Sequence record: PZ452596.1
DNA: 64,000 nucleotides
DNA from: a phage
Direction: 5' to 3' (one strand)
Made by a program: the position numbers and the translations under genes. The stretch's first letter is position 1. Each line of letters opens with the position of its first letter. The notes below the pieces were generated by a model, which saw only the letters and a list, made by a program, of their open reading frames with translations, ran no database searches and was not told where the DNA came from. Of the stretch, positions 37,022 through 46,606 are shown piece by piece.

Positions 37022-37310
37022 CCACCTGCTAAGGCAAGTGTTTGTACGAAACGCCGGGATTCGAACCCGGTTATTAAGCAGTTGACGCTACTCAATATTT
37101 TTAAAAGGCCATATCTCGACCATATCCGAACGTTCCGTCAAAAACGCTACTCGGCTTACGGCAAAGATATTTCCTCGAATCGATAATTCGGTGCGCCGTT
37201 TCTGCTGTGATATAAGAGGACATTAACAAAACATAAAGATTTATTAATGCCAGTCCTTAAACAGGGAACATCAGTCCGACGACTTGCCGGTAGCGACCCG
37301 GCTTCTTGTC
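37022..37310 (-). ncRNA. small stable RNA region (T4 species 1/2-like, tentative)
   Basis: About 290 nt with no ORF between tRNA-Arg and the terminator; has a tRNA-like T-arm (CCGGGTTCGAATCCCGG) and repeated GAGTAGCGT boxes; boundaries not resolved. Confidence 0.35.
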
Positions 37311-37386
37311 TGGTCGAGGCAGTAGGGATCGAACCTACGACCCAGGACTTAGAAGGTCCTTGCTCTTCCTTCTGAGCTATGCCTCG
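37311..37386 (-). tRNA. tRNA-Arg (anticodon UCU)
   Basis: Hand fold: acceptor CGAGGCA/TGCCTCG, anticodon loop CTTCTAA, T-arm GTAGGTTCGATCCCTAC, encoded CCA. Confidence 0.85.
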
Positions 37387-37390
37387 GATT

Positions 37391-37465
37391 TGGCGGACGT
37401 GATAGGATTCGAACCTATAACCAATCGCTTAACAGGCGATCGCTCTGCCATTGAGCTACACATCC
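37391..37465 (-). tRNA. tRNA-Asn (anticodon GUU)
   Basis: Hand fold: acceptor GGATGTG/CACGTCC, anticodon stem ATCGC/GCGAT with loop CTGTTAA, T-arm ATAGGTTCGAATCCTAT, CCA. Confidence 0.8.
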
Positions 37466-37469
37466 AAAT

Positions 37470-37556
37470 TGGTGGGGAGTGATGGAGTCGAACCACCCGA
37501 GTCGCAATGACAATGGATTTACAGTCCACACCGCTACCTCTACGGGATAACTCCCC
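37470..37556 (-). tRNA. tRNA-Tyr (anticodon GUA), long variable arm
   Basis: Hand fold: acceptor GGGGAGT/ACTCCCC, anticodon loop CTGTAAA, variable arm GTCATTGCGACTCG, T-arm GGTGGTTCGACTCCATC, CCA. Confidence 0.8.
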
Positions 37557-37565
37557 TAATTAATT

Positions 37566-37640
37566 TGGTGGCCCTGGGTGGAATTGAACCACCATCTGGC
37601 GATTATGAGTCGCTTGCTTGAACCTTCCAGCTACAGGGCC
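37566..37640 (-). tRNA. tRNA-Ile (anticodon CAU, lysidine-type reading AUA)
   Basis: Acceptor GGCCCTG/CAGGGCC; anticodon stem-loop GCGACTCATAATCGC as in E. coli tRNA-Ile2; T-arm GGTGGTTCAATTCCACC; CCA. Confidence 0.8.
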
Positions 37641-37641
37641 T

Positions 37642-37717
37642 TGGTGCTGATTGACGGAATCGAACCGCCGACCTTCTCATTACAAGTGAGTTGCTCTACC
37701 TACTGAGCTAAATCAGC
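37642..37717 (-). tRNA. tRNA-Thr (anticodon UGU)
   Basis: Acceptor GCTGATT/AATCAGC; anticodon loop CTTGTAA; T-arm GGCGGTTCGATTCCGTC; CCA. Confidence 0.85.
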
Positions 37718-37722
37718 AAAAC

Positions 37723-37812
37723 TGGCGGAGGCGATAGGATTTGAACCTATGAGTCGCCGGAGCGACTGCCGGTTTTCAAGACCGGTGCATTAAACCACTC
37801 TGCCACGCCTCC
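37723..37812 (-). tRNA. tRNA-Ser (anticodon UGA), long variable arm
   Basis: Acceptor GGAGGCG/CGCCTCC; anticodon stem CCGGT/ACCGG with loop CTTGAAA; T-arm ATAGGTTCAAATCCTAT; CCA. Confidence 0.85.
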
Positions 37813-37814
37813 AG

Positions 37815-37888
37815 TCTCCATACAAGGATTTGAACCTTGGACCTCCTGATCCCAAATCAGGCGCTCTACCAAACTGAGCTACACGGAG
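37815..37888 (-). tRNA. tRNA-Pro (anticodon UGG), no encoded CCA
   Basis: Acceptor CTCCGTG/TATGGAG (two G-U pairs); anticodon stem CCTGA/TCAGG with loop TTTGGGA; T-arm CAAGGTTCAAATCCTTG. Confidence 0.8.
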
Positions 37889-37898
37889 TAAATTAAAT

Positions 37899-37972
<74 letters not shown>

Positions 37973-37977
37973 AAATT

Positions 37978-38064
37978 TGGTGCGAGAAGTGGGACTCGAA
38001 CCCACAAGGAAATCATTCCGCAGCATTTTAAGTGCTGTGCCTTTACCAATTTGACCATTCTCGC
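37978..38064 (-). tRNA. tRNA-Leu (anticodon UAA), long variable arm
   Basis: Acceptor GCGAGAA/TTCTCGC; anticodon stem CAGCA/TGCTG with loop CTTAAAA; T-arm GGGTTCGAGTCCC; CCA. Confidence 0.85.
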
Positions 38065-38065
38065 G

Positions 38066-38138
38066 CTGGGAATAAAGGACTCGAACCTTTGCATCTAGCA
38101 GTCAAAGTGCTATGCCTTACCAACTTGGCTAATTCCCA
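38066..38138 (-). tRNA. tRNA-Gln (anticodon UUG), no encoded CCA
   Basis: Acceptor TGGGAAT/ATTCCCA; anticodon stem TAGCA/TGCTA with loop CTTTGAC; T-arm AAAGGTTCGAGTCCTTT; 1 nt from tRNA-Leu. Confidence 0.85.
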
Positions 38139-38224
38139 ATTATTAACAAAGGCTCTCTAACAAGAACCCTTGATGATAGAGGGTATTAATCAGTGCGGTA
38201 TGAGTTAATAATAACAAATATTTC

Positions 38225-38740
38225 TTAAAGCAAATCAACCATTTTAACAGTCGGCAAAACAATTTCTTCTTCGATATAAGCAAATTCTACATGTTCAACT
38301 ACACGCAAGAAATCATATTCATAGTATTCAGAAGCATGACCAAGAATATCAATGAGGCCTTCAGATATCTTATTACCATTCACAAAGAATAAATCAAATA
38401 CACGTTCTTCATCTTCTTCGGATTTATTACCAAGGTCAACTTCTATATCAAAGACCTTTTTAATGAATTCTGGATAAAGTTGGTCTGAGAACAGTCCTTC
38501 AACCAAATATTCATATATAAAAAGCTCTTGCTCGCTGAACAACCCATTACCACAATAACGGTCAGCTTTAGTACTAGAATGACGACTCTTAAACTTCTTC
38601 AAAAGATATTTAAATTGTTGGAGCTCATGCTCTTCTACGCCAAACAGTGTTTTGGTTTTATAGTTATCACCATCATTTTCCCAGGTAGTGACATCAATTA
38701 CGTAACCCTTAGGAATTGTGCTGCCTAAACGAATATACAT
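38225..38740 (-). CDS. hypothetical protein
   Basis: 171-aa acidic ORF upstream of tRNA cluster. Confidence 0.5.
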   Translation of the reverse strand: MYIRLGSTIPKGYVIDVTTWENDGDNYKTKTLFGVEEHELQQFKYLLKKFKSRHSSTKADRYCGNGLFSEQELFIYEYLVEGLFSDQLYPEFIKKVFDIEVDLGNKSEEDEERVFDLFFVNGNKISEGLIDILGHASEYYEYDFLRVVEHVEFAYIEEEIVLPTVKMVDLL

Positions 38741-39030
38741 TTGTTCACCATATTAATGTAAGTATATTTAATACATTCAAGACCCAAAGGATTCTTGAAA
38801 ATATCATATTCAAGAGGACCTTTTTCTGTTTCAATAAAGAAATCAAAATTTACTGTATTAAATTTACGGTCTTCCTTCACTAATTTAACTTGAGAAGATG
38901 AACGGTCAATGTAAACCTTTTCAACTTCAAAACATGTTAAAATGCCATAATCATCAATCAAGGCTTTAGCCGCATCTTGATCATATTTATATCCATTTTC
39001 AACGGACGATACTTTCGCATAAAGAATCAT
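38725..39030 (-). CDS. hypothetical protein
   Basis: 101-aa ORF. Confidence 0.5.
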   Translation of the reverse strand: MILYAKVSSVENGYKYDQDAAKALIDDYGILTCFEVEKVYIDRSSSQVKLVKEDRKFNTVNFDFFIETEKGPLEYDIFKNPLGLECIKYTYINMVNKCIFV

Positions 39031-39032
39031 TA

Positions 39033-39422
39033 TTAGCCTTCATCAACAATAGTATGAGTATGGGCATTTACAATTTGCCACCAATCAAAGCGATTGGAAC
39101 CATACATTGGTTTGTTTTCATTTTCTTTGATAATATCACGAAGTTCATCTTCGGTAGCGGCTTTCGCGATTAAATCAGCATATCCACCACGAGGATAATA
39201 ATTATCACCTGCAAAAAGTAAAAAATTTGGTTTAATATTATTAAACTCTTCAAGAGTAATAACTGTTCCACCAGGTTGAACAATATCTACATAACTATAT
39301 CCTAATTTTTGAGCAGCATCTACTGCTTCAAGCAGGGTATCATGAGCCCATCCAATTTGGCAATCTGGCTTTTCAGATGGATTAGCTTGATAATCTGCAT
39401 ACACTTTATACATTCTATTCAC
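39033..39422 (-). CDS. hypothetical protein
   Basis: 129-aa ORF. Confidence 0.5.
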   Translation of the reverse strand: MNRMYKVYADYQANPSEKPDCQIGWAHDTLLEAVDAAQKLGYSYVDIVQPGGTVITLEEFNNIKPNFLLFAGDNYYPRGGYADLIAKAATEDELRDIIKENENKPMYGSNRFDWWQIVNAHTHTIVDEG

Positions 39423-39600
39423 CTTTAGAAATTTTATCCATAACGATAGCGATTAAACCAATTAAAAATGCTACTACAAGTGAAAAAACATTTTCTGCTG
39501 TAGTCAATAATCCGCATATAAATCCAACAAACATTGAAAAACTAAAAGCAGAAGCAGAAATTGCAATAGCAACATTTCGAATTAATTCACAACGTTTCAT
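39415..39600 (-). CDS. small membrane protein
   Basis: 61 aa, two hydrophobic segments; directly downstream of promoter 39629-39658. Confidence 0.45.
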   Translation of the reverse strand: MKRCELIRNVAIAISASAFSFSMFVGFICGLLTTAENVFSLVVAFLIGLIAIVMDKISKGE

Positions 39601-39628
39601 TTTATTCTCCTCAGTAGTTGATAGGGTA

Positions 39629-39658
39629 ATAGTATCACTACTAAAACCCTATGTAAAC
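39629..39658 (-). promoter_or_regulatory. early promoter
   Basis: Minus strand TTTCACAAAGTT-GTTTAC, 18 nt, TGATACTAT within palindrome TAGGGT...ACCCTA. Confidence 0.55.
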
Positions 39659-39677
39659 AACTTTGTGAAATTGTTTA

Positions 39678-39968
39678 TTACAAAAGATTTTTAGCAATAA
39701 TCTTGAGATGTGCTGCAGAAATGTGTTTAGCTTTAAACAACGCAGTTTCTTCAGCAGGAGAGATAACGATTGTAGCACCATCCTTTTTAGCAGACCACCC
39801 ATCACCTAAGTAAACAGTACCTTTGATTTCTTCGCCATCAACCAGACTAATCATTGGTTTACCTTCTCGTCCTTTATTTGCTTTAATAACTTCAGAAGTA
39901 AGAGTAGCTTCGGTAATGGTAGAAACCGGGGTAGTTGTAGTAGAAGTAAATTCTTTAAATGTTTTCAT
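39678..39968 (-). CDS. internal protein I-like (CTS-bearing, injected protein)
   Basis: 96 aa; N-terminus MKTFKEFTS... with ITE-A cleavage context; position upstream of 57B as for T4 ipI. Confidence 0.6.
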   Translation of the reverse strand: MKTFKEFTSTTTTPVSTITEATLTSEVIKANKGREGKPMISLVDGEEIKGTVYLGDGWSAKKDGATIVISPAEETALFKAKHISAAHLKIIAKNLL

Positions 39969-39998
39969 TTTATTTTCCTAATTAATTTTGATGAGGTA

Positions 39999-40028
39999 AT
40001 AGTATCACTACCTCATCAACGTGTAAAC
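39999..40028 (-). promoter_or_regulatory. early promoter upstream of IPI-like gene
   Basis: Minus strand GTTTAC, 18 nt, TGATACTAT inside palindrome GATGAGGTA...TACCTCATC. Confidence 0.55.
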
Positions 40029-40040
40029 AACTTTGTGAAA

Positions 40041-40737
<697 letters not shown>

Positions 40738-40738
<1 letters not shown>

Positions 40739-41463
40739 TATAGTACCTTTAGTGTATTTTTAATTTTAGAAAAAAGTTCTTCAAGAGAACCATCGTTTGT
40801 AATTACTAAATCGCCATCACGAATTGGCAATCCAGCTTCTGTAATATGTGTATCATTGGATTTTTGACCAGGACGAACTACATGAATTACTGTAGCACCC
40901 ATCGCCCTAGCCGCATCCATTTCATGATCTTGACGGGTATCAGGAACGATATAATAATCATAACCTGAGTTAAATTTATCAAGATAATCTAAAGCAAATA
41001 ATTTTACCCAGTACATGCGGTCGAAGTTATTAACAATCAAATCCGTACCTAGGGCTTGCATCAGACGACGGACTGACCATTGATCTTCAATATTATTTAT
41101 AACGTCAATAATCTTGTTAAATGCTACGGAATTAACTGATTCTTGTCCTTCGTCATCAAAAACAAACACACCCTTAATTGGGCTTTTACCGTTAAGATAG
41201 CAAAATGCTTGTTCCATAATCGTGATTACTTCTGATTTAGTCAGATTTAAATTAGTCTCACGATCATAGTCAATTCCTTCAAACTCTTTACGAGTTAAGC
41301 AAGGATAGTCAGTGTTTGCTGCAAATACTCCCCATGCATAAGCCAATGCATCCTTAATAGGACCAGCAAGTTGATATTTAACTGCAGAATAATTATTCAT
41401 GATAAAATCTGCAGTAGTATCTTTTCCACTACGCTTTACACCACTTAAAAAGATTAGTTTCAT
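40738..41463 (-). CDS. 1: deoxynucleoside monophosphate kinase
   Basis: 241 aa; P-loop LSGVKRSGKDT. Confidence 0.92.
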
Positions 41464-41512
41464 ATGTTTCTCCTCAAATTTAGTTAAGATTATAACACAT
41501 GAAACTGAAGCA

Positions 41513-42043
41513 TTAAACTTCTGCTATAATTTTTCCATCTTTTTCTACTTGAAAATAGGTGTAAGGAATCGTTGCAGTACATACTAAAGCCGGGTCTGAA
41601 TCTTCTGTGTAGCTAAATTCTACTTCAGATAGGTCAGAAACCCAAGGCTTATAAAAATTTATTGACATCACGATTTCAGTTTTACTATTATCTAAAATGT
41701 AAAGCGTAATGTATTCAGGGCCTGTTTTTTGGGCAGTATTTTCACCTGTAAGATAGTTACTAGTTCCTAACATCCATTCATACATTCCTATCCACGACTT
41801 AAGTTCTTCATCAACTATAAATCTCACAATGAGTGGATCATACTCAAATGTAACACCTGGACGTTGTGCTCGACCCAGGCCAAATGGCCCAGTCACGGTA
41901 TCAGTAACAGGTATTCTAATTCCTGGAATAGGAACTGACTGAGCATTTAAAGTAAAAGCAGATGTAGTATTACTATGTGGTATTGATACTACAAAGTTAG
42001 TTGTATTTGCTTGGTTAAAAATTTGTTGCAGAGCTTGCGACAT
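41513..42043 (-). CDS. 3: gp3 tail completion / sheath stabiliser
   Basis: 176 aa from ATG 42043 behind GAGGAA RBS; position between 1 and 2. Confidence 0.75.
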   Translation of the reverse strand: MSQALQQIFNQANTTNFVVSIPHSNTTSAFTLNAQSVPIPGIRIPVTDTVTGPFGLGRAQRPGVTFEYDPLIVRFIVDEELKSWIGMYEWMLGTSNYLTGENTAQKTGPEYITLYILDNSKTEIVMSINFYKPWVSDLSEVEFSYTEDSDPALVCTATIPYTYFQVEKDGKIIAEV

Positions 42044-42149
42044 ATATTCCTCATAATGCTTTATAACTGTTGGTGGTATAATGGGTCTAAGTCCCTTCCA
42101 TTCAATTCCATTTAGAACAAACAACAGAAAAGAATGGAAGATAATAGAA

Positions 42150-42974
42150 TTAGATATTTGACCAGACTTTGTTTGCAGAGAAACGTTTTCCTTTTGAAAC
42201 GAACTGCTGAAGTGGCATCAACACAACGTTCGCCCAGTCTTTCGGGGCGATTTCAACAAGGCTACCCATAATATTACCAGGTATATATGCCTTAATCATT
42301 TGGTCTGCACCCCTAAATCCTTTCACTTGACTCCAATCAATTTTTAATTTCGTTTTATTAGTAATAGTAGGTGTATTTGCATATTGCTTTAAAAGCTCTT
42401 CTAGGAATTGCTGACGAGCTTTAGGTGGAATATAGTGCAAGTTTAATCCGTACATTAAATTATGCTTACCTAAACCAAGGTAAATTATCAAAGGAAATTT
42501 ATCCCAGTAAGGAAGAGTTTCCTTGTGTTTAGCATCATAAGCAAAAGCATATATTCGTCCCGGCTGCGGGCGAACAACTTTATGTCCTTTTACTTGCTTA
42601 ATAGTTTCAGCAAACCACTTTCTGGTTTTATTATTAATTGCTGCGCCTTCATTACGAATTTTATCACGCAATGTTTGTCTGAATGAATTTATCATAAGCA
42701 GTTGTCTTTCTTGCTTATTGAGTTTATTCATTGGTTTTGATTCAAGTTTTTGAATCTTTTCAGCCGTTTTAATTCCTGAAGCATATTTTGACATTGCTGA
42801 AGTAAACGTAGAGTATTTGATTCCTCTTTCTTCGGCAAATTGCTTTCCTGTCATTCCTTTTGCTTTGGCCTTTTTATACTCAAGACCTATCTGAATCCAT
42901 TTCTTTTCGTTTAATGATTGCTTAACCTTTGGAACTTGGGGAGTGCTTTCATTAATTATTTGAAAAATAGCCAT
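42150..42974 (-). CDS. 2: gp2 DNA end-protector protein
   Basis: 274 aa; size and position as T4 gp2. Confidence 0.85.
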
Positions 42975-43426
42975 TATGCCCCCTTAAAGCCAAGAGCTCG
43001 TAATCCATCTTCTGTTAGAATTCTAAATTTTATTCCACGCTTTTCAGCTAAAGATTGTGCTGCTTTCCATTTGTCAGTATTAACAGAATATGTATAAATT
43101 TCATTCATAAATCTTTTCTTCGCTGCGGTTGTTAGATGCGCCGGTTTAACTGGTGGTTGTGTTTCTTTTTTAGGTTTTATTTCAATAAAAAATTCTTGTC
43201 CAGAAGAATCTTTCATCCAAATATCCATGAAGTATCTACGTTTTTTCCCTTCTGCATTACAAAAATAAGGAATTACTGCTGTTTCACTACCCCATGCAAT
43301 AATTTCTGGATTTTTATCTAACCATTCAAAAAAGAATTTTTCCCAATTTGATCTATACGTAATTTTTTTAGGGTCACCTCTATACTTTGATATATTTTTA
43401 GGAACCCATTTTCCAGAATATGCCAT
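42974..43426 (-). CDS. 4: gp4 head completion protein
   Basis: 150 aa; size and position as T4 gp4. Confidence 0.85.
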
Positions 43427-43438
43427 TGGATTCTCCTT

Positions 43439-43464
43439 ATAAATAGATAATATATTTATAAACA
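43439..43464. promoter_or_regulatory. divergent late promoters (TATAAATA on both strands)
   Basis: TATAAATA at 43439-43446 on plus (gene 53) and at 43457-43464 on minus (gene 4). Confidence 0.5.
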
Positions 43465-43473
43465 GGAGGGCCC

Positions 43474-44064
43474 ATGCTCTTTACATTTTTTGATCCGATT
43501 GAATATGCGGCCAAAACGGTGAATAAAAACGCGCCGACTATTCCTATGACAGATATTTTTAGAAACTATAAAGACTATTTTAAACGCGCTCTTGCGGGAT
43601 ACCGCTTACGTACTTATTATATCAAAGGTTCACCACGCCCGGAAGAATTAGCAAATACTATATATGGAAATCCACAGTTGTATTGGGTTTTATTGATGTG
43701 TAATGATAATTATGACCCGTATTATGGATGGATTACTTCGCAAGAAGCTGCTTATCAAGCATCTATACAAAAATATAAAAACGTAGGTGGAGACCAAATA
43801 GTATATCATGTGAATGAGAACGGTGAAAAATTTTATAATTTAATATCATACGATGATAATCCATATGTTTGGTATGATAAAGGCGATAAAGCTAGAAAAT
43901 ATCCTCAATATGAAGGAGCACTTGCTGCGGTCGATACGTATGAAGCGGCTGTTCTTGAAAATGAAAAACTTCGTCAAATAAAAATAATAGCAAAATCCGA
44001 CATTAATTCATTTATGAACGACCTTATACGTATAATGGAGAAATCTTATGGAAATGATAAGTAA
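43474..44064 (+). CDS. 53: gp53 baseplate wedge protein
   Basis: 196 aa; first plus-strand late gene, precedes gene 5. Confidence 0.9.
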   Translation: MLFTFFDPIEYAAKTVNKNAPTIPMTDIFRNYKDYFKRALAGYRLRTYYIKGSPRPEELANTIYGNPQLYWVLLMCNDNYDPYYGWITSQEAAYQASIQKYKNVGGDQIVYHVNENGEKFYNLISYDDNPYVWYDKGDKARKYPQYEGALAAVDTYEAAVLENEKLRQIKIIAKSDINSFMNDLIRIMEKSYGNDK

Positions 44065-45775
44065 TAACCTTAATTGGTTTGTTGGTGTTGTTGAAGATAG
44101 AATGGACCCATTAAAATTAGGTCGTGTTCGTGTTCGTGTGGTTGGTCTGCATCCACCACAAAGAGCACAAGGTGATGTAATGGGTATTCCAACTGAAAAA
44201 TTACCATGGATGTCAGTTATTCAACCTATAACTTCTGCAGCAATGTCAGGAATTGGAGGTTCTGTTACAGGGCCAGTAGAAGGAACTAGAGTTTATGGTC
44301 ATTTTTTAGACAAATGGAAAACTAACGGAATTGTCCTTGGCACGTATGGTGGAATAGTTCGCGAAAAACCGAATAGACTTGAAGGATTTTCTGACCCAAC
44401 TGGGCAATATCCTAGACGTTTAGGAAATGATACTAACGTACTAAACCAAGGCGGAGAAGTAGGATATGATTCCTCTTCTAACATTATTCAAGATAGTAAC
44501 TTAGACACTGCAATAAATCCCGATGATAGACCACTATCAGAGATTCCAACCGATGATAATCCAAATATGTCAATGGCTGAAATGCTTCGCCGTGATGAAG
44601 GATTAAGATTAAAAGTTTATTGGGATACCGAAGGATATCCGACAATTGGTATTGGTCATCTTATCATGAAGCAGCCAGTTCGTGATATGGCTCAAATTAA
44701 TAAAGTTTTATCAAAACAAGTTGGTCGTGAAATTACAGGAAATCCAGGTTCTATTACAATGGAAGAGGCGACGACTTTATTTGAGCGTGATTTGGCTGAT
44801 ATGCAACGTGACATTAAATCGCATTCTAAAGTAGGACCAGTCTGGCAAGCTGTCAACCGTTCTCGTCAAATGGCATTAGAAAATATGGCATTTCAGATGG
44901 GTGTTGGTGGTGTAGCTAAATTTAACACAATGTTAACTGCTATGTTAGCAGGAGATTGGGAAAAAGCGTATAAAGCCGGTCGTGATTCATTATGGTATCA
45001 ACAAACAAAAGGCCGTGCATCCCGTGTTACCATGATTATTCTTACGGGAAATTTAGAATCATATGGCGTTGAAGTGAAAACCCCAGCTAGGTCTCTATCA
45101 GCAATGGCTGCTACTGTAGCTAAATCTTCTGACCCTGCTGACCCTCCTATTCCAAATGACTCGAGAATTTTATTCAAAGAACCAGTTTCTTCATATAAAG
45201 GTGAATATCCTTATGTGCATACAATGGAAACTGAAAGTGGACATATTCAGGAATTTGATGATACCCCTGGGCAAGAACGATACAGATTAGTTCATCCAAC
45301 TGGAACTTATGAAGAAGTATCACCGTCAGGAAGAAGAACAAGAAAAACTGTTGATAATTTGTATGATATAACCAACGCTGATGGTAATTTTTTGGTAGCC
45401 GGTGATAAAAAGACTAACGTCGGTGGATCAGAAATTTATTACAACATGGATAATCGTCTTCACCAGATAGATGGAAGCAATACAATATTTGTACGTGGCG
45501 ACGAAACGAAAACTGTTGAAGGTAATGGAACTATCCTAGTTAAAGGTAATGTTACTATTGTAGTTGAAGGCAATGCTGACATTACAGTTAAAGGAGATGC
45601 TACCACTTTAGTTGAAGGAAATCAAACTAATACAGTAAATGGAAATCTTTCTTGGAAAGTTGCTGGGACAGTTGATTGGGACGTTGGTGGTGATTGGACA
45701 GAAAAAATGGCATCTATGAGTTCTATTTCATCTGGTCAATACACAATTGATGGATCGAGGATTGACATTGGCTAA
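44048..45775 (+). CDS. 5: gp5 baseplate hub / tail lysozyme
   Basis: 575 aa; MEMISNNLNWFVGVVEDRMDPLKLGRVRVRV; internal lysozyme domain; C-terminal beta-helix repeats. Confidence 0.95.
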   Translation: MEMISNNLNWFVGVVEDRMDPLKLGRVRVRVVGLHPPQRAQGDVMGIPTEKLPWMSVIQPITSAAMSGIGGSVTGPVEGTRVYGHFLDKWKTNGIVLGTYGGIVREKPNRLEGFSDPTGQYPRRLGNDTNVLNQGGEVGYDSSSNIIQDSNLDTAINPDDRPLSEIPTDDNPNMSMAEMLRRDEGLRLKVYWDTEGYPTIGIGHLIMKQPVRDMAQINKVLSKQVGREITGNPGSITMEEATTLFERDLADMQRDIKSHSKVGPVWQAVNRSRQMALENMAFQMGVGGVAKFNTMLTAMLAGDWEKAYKAGRDSLWYQQTKGRASRVTMIILTGNLESYGVEVKTPARSLSAMAATVAKSSDPADPPIPNDSRILFKEPVSSYKGEYPYVHTMETESGHIQEFDDTPGQERYRLVHPTGTYEEVSPSGRRTRKTVDNLYDITNADGNFLVAGDKKTNVGGSEIYYNMDNRLHQIDGSNTIFVRGDETKTVEGNGTILVKGNVTIVVEGNADITVKGDATTLVEGNQTNTVNGNLSWKVAGTVDWDVGGDWTEKMASMSSISSGQYTIDGSRIDIG

Positions 45776-45809
45776 TATACTTCCAATGAGCGCTGATTTA
45801 GGAGAATCC

Positions 45810-46304
45810 ATGGAAGGTTCTTCTATCGACGTCACCTTTACCGCTCAATTAGAAACGGGTGAAACGTTAGTATCTATAAATATAACTAGTTACGAAGAAA
45901 CTCCTGGGGTTTTAGTAGAAGAAAATCGCTTATATGGAACATATGAATCTGTATTTGGTTTCGGAAATGACGCGTTGAAATATCGTTTAGGCGATGAATT
46001 TAAAACTGCTGCTTCATGGGAAGAACTTCCTACTGATTCTGATACTCAGTTGTATTTGTGGAAAGCTCCTCAAAATCTCCAGAAGACATTCACTTACGAA
46101 GTAACATTAATATATGACTACCAAGAACAAAGTGAATCTGGGGGTTCTGGCAGTAATTCTAGGTCATCTTCTGATACTACTGAACCGACGGATCCTCCTG
46201 CTCCAGTAAGAAAAACTCTCGTTAAAAATTATACTAAAACTATAGTTGGAAATTGGAGTCGTTGGGCTAATAAATTGAGAAGCTATGTGTATGAGAGGCC
46301 ATAA
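45810..46304 (+). CDS. gp5.1-like hypothetical protein
   Basis: Start placed at ATG 45810 behind AGGAGAA RBS; track ORF begins at upstream TTG. Confidence 0.5.
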
Positions 46305-46598
46305 ATGTCAGGATTAAGTTATGATAAGTGTGTTACTGCTGGCCATGAAGCGTGGCCTCCAACAGTTGTGAATGCTACACAAAGTAAAGTATTCACTGGA
46401 GGAATTGCTGTTCTAGTAGCAGGCGATCCAATTACAGAACATACAGAAATTAAAAAGCCATATGAAACACATGGCGGAGTGACACAACCCAGAACTTCTA
46501 AGGTATATGTCACTGGAAAGAAAGCTGTTCAAATGGCTGATCCAATATCATGCGGTGATACTGTGGCTCAGGCATCATCTAAAGTATTCATTAAATAG
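46305..46598 (+). CDS. 5.4: gp5.4 PAAR-repeat spike tip protein
   Basis: 97 aa, Gly/Thr-rich with paired Cys/His; size and position as T4 gp5.4. Confidence 0.8.
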
Positions 46599-46606
46599 GA
46601 TTTAAA

